Assembly (NCBI GenBank): GCA_031370005.1
Contig: JANMPT010000043.1
Coordinates: 32,001 to 96,000, forward strand
Source of the DNA: Bdellovibrionales bacterium
GTDB lineage: Bacteria; Bdellovibrionota; Bdellovibrionia; Bdellovibrionales; Bdellovibrionaceae
DNA: 64,000 bases
Reading direction: 5' to 3'
Below are positions 9,297 to 20,357 of this stretch, piece by piece. The position numbers and the translations under genes were made by a program. The notes under the pieces were generated by a model. The model was not told where the DNA came from. It saw only the letters and a list, made by a program, of their open reading frames with translations, and ran no database searches. Positions within the stretch are counted from its first letter, which is position 1, and every line of letters begins with the position of its first letter.

Positions 9297-10922
9297 ATGA
9301 AAATAATGGGACAAATTCTGGCCCTTGTTTTGGCTATAGGAGTTGGTACAACAGCAATGTCTGCAGCTCCAAACGCAAAGGCACCCCAAGGGGGCGTTTT
9401 TAATCTAAACCTTGGTGGCGAACCCCCTACTTTGCATCCAATTGCCAGTACGGATATTTATGCACAGGGAGTTCAGAGTTATGTAATGGACTCTTTGCTG
9501 GCCCACGACACTGAAACCTGGGCATGGAAGCCGCGTATCGCTGAAAAATGGGAGACCTCTAAGGATAACAAAACGTTCATATTCCATCTGCGCAAGAATG
9601 TTCTTTTTCACGATGGGAAGCCATTAACGGCTGAAGACGTGAAGTTCTCTTTTGATGCGATTTTTGAACCTGCGTATCAAGCAGCACATTTGCGTCCTTA
9701 CTACGAGGGGATAGCCAAAGTGGAGGTTGTTGATCCGTATACGGTGAAGGTGACGGCCAAAGACACATATTTCAAAAACTTTGATACAATCGCAGGAATG
9801 ACGATTATTCCAAAGCACGTTTATGGTGATGTTGAAAAGTCTAAGAAGATGACTCGCACTTTGATTGGCAGCGGTCCGTATTTTCTGGAAAAATTTGAAC
9901 GTGGCCAAATTATCACTTTGAAAAAATTCGATAAATGGTACGGAAAAGACGATAGCGCATGGAAGGGCATGTATAATTTCGCAGCAATAAACATGCGTTT
10001 TTACAAAGAAGAAGCGGGTATTCTTGAGCGCGCTAAAAAAGGAGATCTTGATTACATTGATCTTCGCGCAGAATCATATATGAAAAAAACAGAGGGCGCG
10101 CCCTGGGGCAAGACCGTTCTTAAGCATAAAGTTGAAAATAATGCTCCAAAGTCTTACGGCTTTGTAGGCTGGAACCTTCGTCGCGAGCTTTTTCAAGATA
10201 GAAATGTGCGCATAGCTTTGGCTCACATGATGAACCGGGAAGAGATGAATAAAAAATTTCGTTTTGGCATGGCTGACCTCGCGACCGGCCCGACATATGT
10301 GAAAAGTGAATACGCACCTAAAACCGTTAAGCCCATTCTTTTCGACCCGAAAGAGGCAACAGAGCTTTTGGCCAAGGCGGGCTGGAGCGATACGGACAAA
10401 GATGGAACTCTTGATAAAATTGTGAATGGAAAAAAAACATCTTTTAAGTTCACATTGATTCATCCAAATAAAGATAACGAGAAATATTGGACTATGTATA
10501 AAGAGGACCTAAAAAAGGTCGGGATTAACATGGAAATCAAATATCTCGAGTGGAACTCATTCTTGAAGTTATTGGACGAGGGCAATTTCGATGCTGTTTC
10601 TCTGGGCTGGGGTGGTGGCGATATTGATTGGGATCCCAAGCAAATCTGGCACTCCTCAAGTGCGATTCCTGGCGGATCGAATTTTATTTCTTACAAAAAT
10701 CCCGAGGTAGACAAGCTAATAGATGAGGCTCGTCAGTCGCTAGATGAAAAAAAGCGGGTTAAGCTTTTAAGAACAGTTTATGAAAAGATCGCGGCTGATG
10801 CTCCTTATGTATTTATGTTTAATGATAAGTTTGATTTTTATGCAAACTCAATAAGGGTTCAAATGCCAGCTGATACATTCAAGTACGGAATTGGTGTAGA
10901 CTACTGGTGGATGAAACAATAA
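9297..10922 (+). CDS. oppA: Peptide ABC transporter substrate-binding protein (family 5)
   Basis: Signal peptide, FHDGKPLTAEDVKFS, GSGPY and a GGAGG RBS. Confidence 0.9.
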   Translation: MKIMGQILALVLAIGVGTTAMSAAPNAKAPQGGVFNLNLGGEPPTLHPIASTDIYAQGVQSYVMDSLLAHDTETWAWKPRIAEKWETSKDNKTFIFHLRKNVLFHDGKPLTAEDVKFSFDAIFEPAYQAAHLRPYYEGIAKVEVVDPYTVKVTAKDTYFKNFDTIAGMTIIPKHVYGDVEKSKKMTRTLIGSGPYFLEKFERGQIITLKKFDKWYGKDDSAWKGMYNFAAINMRFYKEEAGILERAKKGDLDYIDLRAESYMKKTEGAPWGKTVLKHKVENNAPKSYGFVGWNLRRELFQDRNVRIALAHMMNREEMNKKFRFGMADLATGPTYVKSEYAPKTVKPILFDPKEATELLAKAGWSDTDKDGTLDKIVNGKKTSFKFTLIHPNKDNEKYWTMYKEDLKKVGINMEIKYLEWNSFLKLLDEGNFDAVSLGWGGGDIDWDPKQIWHSSSAIPGGSNFISYKNPEVDKLIDEARQSLDEKKRVKLLRTVYEKIAADAPYVFMFNDKFDFYANSIRVQMPADTFKYGIGVDYWWMKQ

Positions 10923-10942
10923 TCCTTTAGGGAGTAGCGAGC

Positions 10943-11968
10943 TTGTTTGTTTATCTGATTCGCCGTTTATTGTTAATGATCCCGACCTTCATTGGAATCA
11001 CCCTATTGACCTTCTTAGTGATCAATATGGCTCCGGGAAGTCCAATTGAACAAAAGCTTCAAGCGATTCGCTTTGGTTCAAACATGGGTGGCGGTGAAGG
11101 CGGCGGCGGGAAGATTCGCGAAACAGGGGTAAGCCAAGAGGTTATTGAAGCCTTAAAAAAGCAATATGGTTTTGATAAACCAGTTCACATTCGTTATTGG
11201 ATTTGGCTAAAGAATATTGCACACCTTGATTTCGGCGAGAGCTTCACTTATCAGGAACCAGTAATCGACGTTATCACCAGTAAGTTTCCTGTTTCCATGC
11301 AATTCGGTCTGACGTCCTTATTTTTAACCTACCTGGTTTGTATTCCTCTTGGAATGAGGATGGCAATAAAAGCGGGAACGGGATTTGATCGTATTGTTGG
11401 CTTAGCCCTGAACTTTACCTATGCGGTCCCACCTTTAGTTCTAGGTATTTTTTTGATCACGGTCTTTGCAGGAAAATTAGATTGGTTCCCGATTGGCGGC
11501 ATAAAGGCCGATAATTATGATGAGTTAACTATTTGGGGACAGATTATGGATCGCACTCATCATTTTGTCTTGCCATTGATCTGCTATATGATTGGCGGCT
11601 TCACCCAGCTTTCATATTTGATGAGAAACTCAATGCTCGAAGTGGTTAAATCCGACTACGTTCGCACGGCGCGAGCCAAGGGCATTTCTGAACGAGTCGT
11701 ACTTTATAAACACGCACTTAGAAATGCTTTGATTGCCTTGGTTCCAGGAATAGCGGGCTTTTTTGGAGTTTTCCTAACAGGATCTTTAATCATTGAAAGA
11801 ATGTTCAACTTGGATGGCATGGGTCTTCTCAGCTATCAATCCTTGATCGTGCGCGATTATAACGTAATTATGGGAATCACTTTTATTTCTTCACTCATTC
11901 TAATTTCGGGACGCCTATTCAGTGACGTCGTATATGTCCTTATCGATCCAAGGATTGATTTCAAATGA
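10943..11968 (+). CDS. oppB: Peptide ABC transporter permease
   Basis: DFGES and the EAA-like loop DYVRTARAKG; C-terminal DPRI. Confidence 0.9.
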   Translation: MFVYLIRRLLLMIPTFIGITLLTFLVINMAPGSPIEQKLQAIRFGSNMGGGEGGGGKIRETGVSQEVIEALKKQYGFDKPVHIRYWIWLKNIAHLDFGESFTYQEPVIDVITSKFPVSMQFGLTSLFLTYLVCIPLGMRMAIKAGTGFDRIVGLALNFTYAVPPLVLGIFLITVFAGKLDWFPIGGIKADNYDELTIWGQIMDRTHHFVLPLICYMIGGFTQLSYLMRNSMLEVVKSDYVRTARAKGISERVVLYKHALRNALIALVPGIAGFFGVFLTGSLIIERMFNLDGMGLLSYQSLIVRDYNVIMGITFISSLILISGRLFSDVVYVLIDPRIDFK

Positions 11969-13002
11969 TGGATCCGATAGAGAAGCACCTAATTAGCAGT
12001 GAGCTGACCCTAAAGCGCTATCGTCGCTTTAAAAGAAATCGCGCGGCAGTCATTTCTGTTTTTGTTTTCATATTCTTGATTTTCGTAAGTTTCACAGCAG
12101 AACTTTGGTTTAACAGCAAGCCTCATGTTCTGAAGTATCACGGCAAATTGTATTTTCCTCTGGTGAAAAATTATCACCCGACACTTTTCAATCGTACAGA
12201 TATTCAAGTGATGGATTACCGCTCGTTAAAAATGGGCCCAGGTGACTGGGAGATCTGGCCACTCGTTCAATGGGATCCCTATGAGAGCAACGCCTTTGTT
12301 GATTCCTATCCAGCGCCGCCAACAAAGTATAACCTAATGGGCACTGATGATCGCGGTCGCGATGTCTTTACTCGACTGATTTATGGATTCCGGTACACTT
12401 TTGTCTATGCTGTGGGCGTGTGGTTTCTGACTTATCTTATTGGCTGCACAGTCGGTGCGGGCATGGGTTATGTTGGTGGAAAAGTGGATTTAGTTGGCAT
12501 GCGCGCAATTGAGGTTTTTGAGAGCATCCCTTCATTTTTGATCCTGATTACGATCATTTCTATCTTTAAACCAAACATTCTTTTGCTGATTGTTTTTAGT
12601 GTATTTTTTAATTGGACAGGAATTTCGCATTATATGCGAGGTCAGTTTTTGAGTCTGAGAAAACGCGAGTACGTCGAGGCGGCAAAAGCAATTGGCTCAA
12701 CTCATAAGCGAGTCATCTTTAAACACATCATGCCGAATGCTTTGACTCCTATTATTACTCTAAGTCCTTTTGAAATCGCAGGGAATATCTATACTCTTTC
12801 CATTATGGATTATTTAGGCTTAGGCCTTCCGCCGCCAACTCCGAGCTGGGGAGAGCTTCTCGGCCAAGGACAGAGTTATTTTACTACGGCCGAGTGGCTG
12901 GTATGGTATCCAACGGGCGCTTTGGTTTTGACAATGAGCCTGTTGATCAACATCAACTTAGCAGTGCGTGATGCATTTGATGCTAAGTCCGCAGTTGGCT
13001 AA
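11965..13002 (+). CDS. oppC: Peptide ABC transporter permease
   Basis: GTDDRGRD, EYVEAAKAIG and LGLGLPPPTPSWG motifs. Confidence 0.9.
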   Translation: MMDPIEKHLISSELTLKRYRRFKRNRAAVISVFVFIFLIFVSFTAELWFNSKPHVLKYHGKLYFPLVKNYHPTLFNRTDIQVMDYRSLKMGPGDWEIWPLVQWDPYESNAFVDSYPAPPTKYNLMGTDDRGRDVFTRLIYGFRYTFVYAVGVWFLTYLIGCTVGAGMGYVGGKVDLVGMRAIEVFESIPSFLILITIISIFKPNILLLIVFSVFFNWTGISHYMRGQFLSLRKREYVEAAKAIGSTHKRVIFKHIMPNALTPIITLSPFEIAGNIYTLSIMDYLGLGLPPPTPSWGELLGQGQSYFTTAEWLVWYPTGALVLTMSLLININLAVRDAFDAKSAVG

Positions 13003-13031
13003 ATAGTGTGGGCTGTCTTTTCTTTCTGAGC

Positions 13032-14939
13032 CTACTCAGCCTCTTCAAGATAAGTATATCCGGACAAGCCCTCTTCATAATGCTTGATCAGTAGCTTCGC
13101 TTCTTGCTTGGTAATTGTTCCTTTTTGAATACTCTCTTCGGTTGCTTGGCGAATATTATCTACCATTTCTGAACGTCCGTATTGAACGTAGCTTAGGACT
13201 TCTGTCACCGTGTCGCCGGGAACATAGTGGTCAATAGTATAGCCCACCTCGCTTAGGGAAATGTGGACGGCGTCGGTATCACCAAAAAGATTATGCAGGT
13301 CCCCCAAGATCTCTTGGTAAGCACCCGTCAGAAAAATTCCCATGTAGTAAGGCTGGCCTTCAGTATATTGATGAACACGCACGGTCTCTTTTGGTTCGCC
13401 GGATTCGGTATCAATAAATTTTTCAATAACACCGTCAGAGTCACAGGTTAAATCGGCGAGGGTTGCGCTGCGAGTGGGCTCTTCGCTCAATTTATGAATT
13501 GGCATGATAGGGAAGAGTTGGCCCACGGCCCACGAATCTGGAATTGATTGGAAGATTGAGAAGTTTGCAAAATAGGTATCGCAGAGCTCTTTAGCAAGCT
13601 CAGCTTGAATATCTTCCGTATCTGGAGTGGTTTTAGCCAGGAGGACCATTTTTGTCGCAATTGTGAAATACATGGTCTCACACCAAGCACGTTGTTCTAA
13701 TGTTAAAACACCGTAAGTAAACAGCTGCAGAGTTTCTTGTTTTGCTTGAGTTAAGTCATTGAAGCACTCATTGATATTATCTTTGTTCACCTTTTCAAAG
13801 ATGTACTGCATGTCTTGCATGATTGTCGGATCTTTTTTGGTTGCAGGTCGCGGAGGCTCCATGCGGTGCAGATCGTTTACACCCAAAACATTGAAGATTA
13901 AAACTGAGTGATGGGCGACCAAGAAGCGACCAGACTCAGTCACGATGTCAGGATGTGGGACTCCCTTTTCATCGCAAAGTGCTTGAAGTACGGACACGAT
14001 GTCATTGGCGTATTCCTGCTCGCTATAGTTTACTGAGCTATCAGAAGAGCCTGTTCCATCGTAATCAACGCCAAGACCGCCTCCAACGTCAATATACTTA
14101 AGACTTGCGCCCATAGCATGAAGTTCAGTATAGAAACGCGCGCCCTCTTTTAAAGAAGATTTAATGCTTTGGATTGAGGGAACCTGCGAGCCGATATGAT
14201 AATGAAGAAGCTCAAGGCAATCAAGCATGCCCTCTTTTTTAAGAAGCTCAACACCTTCCACAATTTCCATGGAGGTTAGGCCAAACTTTGAGCGAGCACC
14301 TGAGGAGTCCACCCACTTGCCGGCACCTTGGGTGTTTAATTTTGCACGGAAACCAATTTTTGGTCGGGAGTTGAATTTCTTTGCAGCGTCCAGGATCATT
14401 TTGAGTTCTTCTTTGCGATCCACAACAATGATGGTGCTCCGGCCAAGCTTTTGAGAAAGAATGGCGGTCTCAATATACTCAGCATCTTTAAAGCCGTTGC
14501 AAATAATCAAAGCATTTTGCGTATTCATAAGCGCAAGAACCACAAGAAGTTCTGGCTTTGAGCCGCACTCAAGACCCAAGCCGTGGCCTTTTCCGTGCTT
14601 CACAAGCTCTTGCACTAGATGTCGCTGTTGATTTACTTTGATTGGATAAACCCCACAATATTGTCCCTTATAGTTATGATCCGCGAAAGCCTGCTGGAAG
14701 CAGCTATTCAACTGCTGCACACGGGCTTTAATGATATCAGGGAAGCGAATCATAATTGGAACACGGATGCCGCGATCTAACAGATCTTGGGTCAGTTCGT
14801 AAAGGTCAACAGTGGGGCCTATCGCGCCCATTGGAGTAACGGAGACATTGCCATTCGAGTTGACTCGAAAATAGCCATTGCCCCAGCTGTTAATACCGTA
14901 AAGTGAGGCGCTTTTTTCAGAACTCCAGTTATTTGACAT
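13032..14939 (-). CDS. speA: Biosynthetic arginine decarboxylase
   Basis: YPIKVNQ (PLP lysine), HIGSQ, DVGGGLG, ESGR, TCDSDG and HNLFG motifs. Confidence 0.95.
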   Translation of the reverse strand: MSNNWSSEKSASLYGINSWGNGYFRVNSNGNVSVTPMGAIGPTVDLYELTQDLLDRGIRVPIMIRFPDIIKARVQQLNSCFQQAFADHNYKGQYCGVYPIKVNQQRHLVQELVKHGKGHGLGLECGSKPELLVVLALMNTQNALIICNGFKDAEYIETAILSQKLGRSTIIVVDRKEELKMILDAAKKFNSRPKIGFRAKLNTQGAGKWVDSSGARSKFGLTSMEIVEGVELLKKEGMLDCLELLHYHIGSQVPSIQSIKSSLKEGARFYTELHAMGASLKYIDVGGGLGVDYDGTGSSDSSVNYSEQEYANDIVSVLQALCDEKGVPHPDIVTESGRFLVAHHSVLIFNVLGVNDLHRMEPPRPATKKDPTIMQDMQYIFEKVNKDNINECFNDLTQAKQETLQLFTYGVLTLEQRAWCETMYFTIATKMVLLAKTTPDTEDIQAELAKELCDTYFANFSIFQSIPDSWAVGQLFPIMPIHKLSEEPTRSATLADLTCDSDGVIEKFIDTESGEPKETVRVHQYTEGQPYYMGIFLTGAYQEILGDLHNLFGDTDAVHISLSEVGYTIDHYVPGDTVTEVLSYVQYGRSEMVDNIRQATEESIQKGTITKQEAKLLIKHYEEGLSGYTYLEEAE

Positions 14940-14973
14940 CGAGGCAGTTTCTCCTAAGTTTTAAGTCAGCTCA

Positions 14974-17388
14974 CTATTTAACTATAAGGTTCAAAATCTT
15001 ACCGGGCCTATAAATCACCTTGTCCGGGGTCTTTCCACCGAGTGCTGATCTTACAGCATCTATCGCATAGGCTGCAGAAAGGGCAGTCTCCTCGGAAGCG
15101 TCCAACATAGTTTCAATAGTTCCGCGCATTTTCCCATTCACCTGTACACCAATTGTGAGGGTGTCATCCGCGATGAGACTGTTATCATATTTTGGCCAGG
15201 GTGCCAAAGAAACAAAGCCCTTGCCACCCATTTTTTCCCAGAGCTCTTCGGCCAAATGCGGAGCAAAGGGCATCAAAAGCTGAGCAAGAGGTTTCAAAAG
15301 AGATTTTGGTTTTACATTGGCTTTGTAGATCTCATTGACCAGGATCATCATGGCCGAGATCGAAGTATTGAAGCTCATGTTTTCGATGTCTTCAGTAACT
15401 TTTTTGATGGTCTTATGTAAAAGTTTTTCTAAACTCGGGGGAGTGGTCTCATCGCTTGCAATCGGATGGCCGTCCTCGCTCACAACCAAGCGGCTGATTC
15501 GATCGAGAAAGCGTTTTACGCCCTCAATTCCGGTGGGAGACCACGGTTTTTCATTTTCAAGTGGGCCCATAAAACAAACAAAGGTTCGTAGCGCATCGGC
15601 TCCATACTTCTTGCAGATGTCGTCTGCTGGAATCACGTTGCCACGGGATTTGGACATTTTCTGGTTGTCTTCCCCTAAAATCATTCCCTGATGTGCTAGT
15701 TTTTTGAAGGGCTCATCATGGCTCACAAGACCAGCATCAAAAAGAACCTTCATCCAAAAGCGTGAATAGAGCAAGTGTCCAACCGTGTGTTCCGGACCGC
15801 CTACATAAAGATCCACAGGCATCCAATATTTTTCTGCCTCAGAGGCGAAGGGAGCTTTGTCGTTGTGGGGATCAATGTAACGTAAGAAATACCAAGAGGA
15901 CCCCGCAGATCCGGGCATCGTATCCGTTTCGCGAAGACCAATTTCGCCCTCAGTAGCAAGGGCCGCTGTGCCTTTGTACTGAACCCATTCCTTGTTGCGA
16001 GCAAGTGGAGCCTCGCCTTTATCGGAAGGCTCATAGTCCGCAACTTCCGGTAAGAGCACAGGCAATTCATCAACAGGGATGCCCTTGAGGCCAGCTTTCG
16101 GAAAGTGAACAACCGGAAATGGCTCGCCCCAATAACGTTGACGACTAAAAAGCCAATCGCGGAGTTTGTATTGAACTTCTTTTTTACCAAGTTTCCTAGA
16201 CTCTAGATGTTGAATTATTTTCTGTATGGCATCTGTTTTTGAAAGACCATTGAGGAAATCAGAATTCATCAAAATGCCTTCGCCCTCAAATGGCAACTTA
16301 TCTCCGCCTTGAAGAACGCGAACGATCGGTAGACTGAATTTTTCAGCAAATTCAAAGTCCCGAGTATCATGGCCGGGAACTGCCATGATGGCTCCGGTTC
16401 CATAGTCCATTAAAACATAGTCCGCAATCCAAATAGGAATTTTTTGTCCACTGATGGGATGAGTGGCATATGCCCCAGTGAAAACACCGGTTTTATCTGC
16501 GTTGGCTTTGCGATCGACTTCAGACTTGCGTGAAGAGACTTCCACGTATTTATCCACATGCGATTTTTGTAAGGGCGCTGTAATGGCGGCGACGAGAGGA
16601 TTTTCCGGCGCTAGTACCATGAAGGTGACGCCAAACAAAGTATCAGGGCGGGTGGTAAAGACTTCGAAGGCCTCAGGAAACCCATCGACTTTGAAGGTCA
16701 CGAGAGCCCCTTCGCTTTTGCCAATCCAATTGCGTTGGCCTTCTTTTGTTCGGGCCGGCCAATCAATTTTTTCAAGACCCTCTAGCAGTCGCTCAGCATA
16801 ATCGGTAATCTTGAGCATCCACTGCTTCATTGGAACCCGGACTACGGGGTGACCACCACGTTCGGACTTGCCATCAATAATTTCATCATTTGCGAGAACT
16901 GTTTTTAAAGCTGGGCACCAATTGACGGGAACTTCTTTTTGATAGACAAGCCCGCGCTCCAGGAGTTTCAAAAAAATAAACTGAGTCCATTTGTAATACT
17001 TCGGGTCTGCCGTGGAAATTTCGCGGCTCCAATCAAAACTAAACCCAAAAGACTGGAGCGTATTGCGAAAGCTCGCAATTGCTTTGTCTGTGGTGATGGC
17101 CGGGTGAATTCCTGTTTGGATGGCGTATTGCTCCGCAGGCAAACCAAAGGAATCATAGCCAATGGGGTGAAGAACATTAAAACCTAGAGCTCGTTTATAT
17201 CGAGACACAATATCAGCTGGGGTATATGAGGCAATGTGGCCGACGTGGAGTCCAGATCCAGAGGGATAAGGGAACATGTCAAGGGCATAGTACTTTGGCT
17301 TATCTGAGCCATTCTGGGCTTTGAAGGCGCCTTTTTCTTGCCATTTTTCTTGCCATTTTTTCTCGAAATCCGTGTGATTCAAAGCCAT
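14974..17388 (-). CDS. leuS: Leucine--tRNA ligase
   Basis: MFPYPSGSGLHVGH (HIGH), FTTRPDT and KMSKS motifs. Confidence 0.97.
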   Translation of the reverse strand: MALNHTDFEKKWQEKWQEKGAFKAQNGSDKPKYYALDMFPYPSGSGLHVGHIASYTPADIVSRYKRALGFNVLHPIGYDSFGLPAEQYAIQTGIHPAITTDKAIASFRNTLQSFGFSFDWSREISTADPKYYKWTQFIFLKLLERGLVYQKEVPVNWCPALKTVLANDEIIDGKSERGGHPVVRVPMKQWMLKITDYAERLLEGLEKIDWPARTKEGQRNWIGKSEGALVTFKVDGFPEAFEVFTTRPDTLFGVTFMVLAPENPLVAAITAPLQKSHVDKYVEVSSRKSEVDRKANADKTGVFTGAYATHPISGQKIPIWIADYVLMDYGTGAIMAVPGHDTRDFEFAEKFSLPIVRVLQGGDKLPFEGEGILMNSDFLNGLSKTDAIQKIIQHLESRKLGKKEVQYKLRDWLFSRQRYWGEPFPVVHFPKAGLKGIPVDELPVLLPEVADYEPSDKGEAPLARNKEWVQYKGTAALATEGEIGLRETDTMPGSAGSSWYFLRYIDPHNDKAPFASEAEKYWMPVDLYVGGPEHTVGHLLYSRFWMKVLFDAGLVSHDEPFKKLAHQGMILGEDNQKMSKSRGNVIPADDICKKYGADALRTFVCFMGPLENEKPWSPTGIEGVKRFLDRISRLVVSEDGHPIASDETTPPSLEKLLHKTIKKVTEDIENMSFNTSISAMMILVNEIYKANVKPKSLLKPLAQLLMPFAPHLAEELWEKMGGKGFVSLAPWPKYDNSLIADDTLTIGVQVNGKMRGTIETMLDASEETALSAAYAIDAVRSALGGKTPDKVIYRPGKILNLIVK

Positions 17389-17584
17389 GAAGTCCTCATT
17401 CAAAAAAATGTCTGAAAATGAATAGCTAAGAATAGCGGATCTTTCAATGAAAATGGAAAGGAAATCTCGGCAAATTTTTCCTAGATTTATGCCCAAGGCG
17501 GTTCCTGGACTTCGGGAGAGAATTGAGCAGGTGTCGGAAGCTTCTATTCGGAGTTTTCAATGAGGCGCGCTAAAATAAAAGGAT

Positions 17585-18589
17585 ATGGTATGTAAGAGCT
17601 TAACGAAGAACCCTAAAGAGCGAAAAATTCTTGTCATTGATGATGATAGTGATAGTCGGGAAATCATTCTCGAACCCTTACGTTGGGAACATTATGACGC
17701 CCGTGGCGTGGCCTCTGGCGCTGAAGCATTGTCACTTATGGAAACTTGGATCCCAAATATTATTATATTAGATTGGGCGATCCCAGGGATGTCGGGGATT
17801 CAAGTCCTTCAGACAGTGAGATCGCAGCATCCTCATTTGTCTTGTATTTTTATTTCTGGAAACTCAAGCACAGAGTCGATCATCGAAGCTTTGGATTCTG
17901 GCTCAGATGATTATATCATCAAACCGTTTGTTCCATTGGAACTTTTGGCTCGTATTCGCACTCATTTTCGTATTCGCGATCTTCACTCACAGCTTCTTTT
18001 AGCGAATGAGCGCCTAAAGGAACTCGTCGATACTGACGATCTTACGGGCCTTTTCAACATGCGGTCGCTTTACCAGCGCTTGGACTTTGAGTTGGAGCGC
18101 GGAAAGCGTTTTGGCCGAGACGTTTGCGTTGTTATGATGGATATGGACTACTTTAAGACTGTAAACGATGGCCACGACCACCTGTTTGGAAGCTATGTAC
18201 TTTCAGAGGTGGGTAAAGTTATTAAAATTAACACAAGAAATATTGATATTCCGGCGCGCTACGGAGGCGACGAGTTTTTAGTTGTTTTGATGGAGGTCGA
18301 TCACCGCGGTGCCATACTTTTCTGTGAACGACTTCGCAAAGCTATTGAAGGCCGCACTTTTGTCAGCGGCTCAGACTCGATTAATTTAACGCTTTCACTG
18401 GGCTTTGCGATCACGGTTCCTGGGGAGAGTATCACTGCGCACGAACTTGTTCGTCGGGCGGACCATGCCCTTTATGAGGCTAAACACGCGGGCCGCAATC
18501 AAACAAGATTTTATACGCGTGACACCGATAAAGTCCGTGAGCTTCGAGCCAAACCGTTAGTACCTCGTAAAAAAGTCGCGGGCGGCTAA
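17585..18589 (+). CDS. dgcA: REC-GGDEF dinucleotide cyclase, Hypr type (Bd0367/DgcA-like)
   Basis: N-terminal receiver domain, RNID I-site, GGDEF, and NDGHDHLFGS with Ser where canonical cyclases have Asp. Confidence 0.85.
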   Translation: MVCKSLTKNPKERKILVIDDDSDSREIILEPLRWEHYDARGVASGAEALSLMETWIPNIIILDWAIPGMSGIQVLQTVRSQHPHLSCIFISGNSSTESIIEALDSGSDDYIIKPFVPLELLARIRTHFRIRDLHSQLLLANERLKELVDTDDLTGLFNMRSLYQRLDFELERGKRFGRDVCVVMMDMDYFKTVNDGHDHLFGSYVLSEVGKVIKINTRNIDIPARYGGDEFLVVLMEVDHRGAILFCERLRKAIEGRTFVSGSDSINLTLSLGFAITVPGESITAHELVRRADHALYEAKHAGRNQTRFYTRDTDKVRELRAKPLVPRKKVAGG

Positions 18590-18630
18590 TTCTCATTGAC
18601 TGAAAGCTTCGAATTTAAGACAAAGCTCTT

Positions 18631-19647
18631 ATGAAACTCACCTCGACCACAGTAAATAGCGATCGTGCTCGGAATAAAGCGGCTTGGATCTCATTTTTTG
18701 CAAGTGTCTTTATTTTTGCGATGAAAGTCGGGGCTTACTACTATACTCATTCGACAGCGGTTTTATCTGATGCTCTTGAGAGTACCGTAAATGTTGTAGC
18801 AGCGGTCGTGGCCTTAATTGTGATTCGAATTGCATCAAAGCCGGCTGACGATGACCATCCATATGGCCACGGAAAGCTTGAGTATTTTTCTGCGGCCTTT
18901 GAGGGTGGACTGATTTTCTTTGCGGCACTTATGATTATTCGTGAGGGTCTTCAGGGTTTATTCATTGGCTCGCAGGTCCAACATTTAGAGTCAGGCTTTC
19001 TGATTATGGGCTTGGCGGCGATTTTCAATTTGGTTTTAGGCATTTATCTGAAGCGGACTGGTGAGCGCGAGAAATCTGAAGCCTTAAAGGCGAGTGGTAT
19101 ACATGTTGTTTCCGATGTGTGGACGACAGTTGGTGTTCTCGGTGGAATTGGTTTGTTAATCCTAACTGGCTGGACATGGTTGGACTCTTTGGTGGCAATT
19201 CTAGTCGGTCTTAACTTGGCTTATGAGGGCTATAAGATTGCTCGGAAGTCAGGCGGAAGTCTTGTAGATGAGGCCGACACAGAGATTTTGATGGATCTTG
19301 CTAAATCTTTGCAGAAAAATCGCAAAGTAGGAATTATTGATATTCATCAGCTTCGGATGATTCGTTCCGGGAGATTCCATCATGTGGATGCGCACCTTGT
19401 GGTCCCGGAGTATTGGAACATTTCGGAAGCTCACAATGTCTGTGAAGCCTTCGAGTCGGCGGTCGTGCATGATTACTCATTCGATGGAGAAATTGCTTTT
19501 CATCTAGATCCCTGTCGTTGCGCATATTGTAGCAGTTGCAATGTTGAAGCTTGTCCGATTCGTCGAGTTTCTTTTGAAACACAAATTCCGTTTACAGTAG
19601 GGTCATTGACTGGTGGCGCTCAAGTAATGGAAAAAGTTGAAATGTAG
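18631..19647 (+). CDS. Cation diffusion facilitator transporter
   Basis: SDALES, HPYGHGKLE and HVVSD motifs; Cys-rich C-terminal tail. Confidence 0.9.
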   Translation: MKLTSTTVNSDRARNKAAWISFFASVFIFAMKVGAYYYTHSTAVLSDALESTVNVVAAVVALIVIRIASKPADDDHPYGHGKLEYFSAAFEGGLIFFAALMIIREGLQGLFIGSQVQHLESGFLIMGLAAIFNLVLGIYLKRTGEREKSEALKASGIHVVSDVWTTVGVLGGIGLLILTGWTWLDSLVAILVGLNLAYEGYKIARKSGGSLVDEADTEILMDLAKSLQKNRKVGIIDIHQLRMIRSGRFHHVDAHLVVPEYWNISEAHNVCEAFESAVVHDYSFDGEIAFHLDPCRCAYCSSCNVEACPIRRVSFETQIPFTVGSLTGGAQVMEKVEM

Positions 19648-19649
19648 AT

Positions 19650-20348
19650 ATGTCTAAAACATTCCATCGGCCTCAAATAAATCTAACCCGCACATTGCCA
19701 GTCCCCAATGCCTACACCCTTGCGCTTGACGGCGAGTTTGCTCACGTAGCGTTTAATGAGGAGCGTGCGCCATTGAATAAAGGCAAGTGGCGTTCTGATG
19801 TTTTTAAAGCTAATGAGTCTATGCCAATGGATTTAGAAATTGGTACTGGTGCTGGACACCATTTTGCTTACTATACAAAAGAAAATCCAGATCGTCTGGT
19901 TGTAGGTTTAGAGCTTAAATATAAACCCCTGATTCAAACAATTCGCCGCTCTGTGACGGGCGGCAGTAAAAATTCGGCGGTTGCCCGATACCATGCTTTC
20001 AGTGTTGATGAGCTTTTTGCTGAGGGCGAACTCAATAACGTCTTCATACATTTCCCAGACCCATGGACAAGTCCAAAAAAGCCAGGAAACCGCGTTGTGA
20101 ACTTACGTGTTTTGGATTGGCTGTATAAGCTTCAAAGGCCAGGGTCTCATGTCGATTTTAAAACGGACTCACGAGCTTATTTTCTTTGGGCATTAGAAGA
20201 AATCAAGCAGAGCAAATTTAAAGTCAGCTACCAAACCATGAATTTACATCAGTCTGAGTTTAAGGATCGAAACTTTGTGACCGGCTTCGAGAAGATTTTT
20301 GTAAAGCAGGGCCTTGAAATTAATTACATCCGCCTGACAAAAGAATAA
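19650..20348 (+). CDS. trmB: tRNA (guanine-N7)-methyltransferase
   Basis: LEIGTGAG, FPDPW, KTD and TGFE motifs. Confidence 0.9.
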   Translation: MSKTFHRPQINLTRTLPVPNAYTLALDGEFAHVAFNEERAPLNKGKWRSDVFKANESMPMDLEIGTGAGHHFAYYTKENPDRLVVGLELKYKPLIQTIRRSVTGGSKNSAVARYHAFSVDELFAEGELNNVFIHFPDPWTSPKKPGNRVVNLRVLDWLYKLQRPGSHVDFKTDSRAYFLWALEEIKQSKFKVSYQTMNLHQSEFKDRNFVTGFEKIFVKQGLEINYIRLTKE

Positions 20349-20357
20349 AATATTTTT

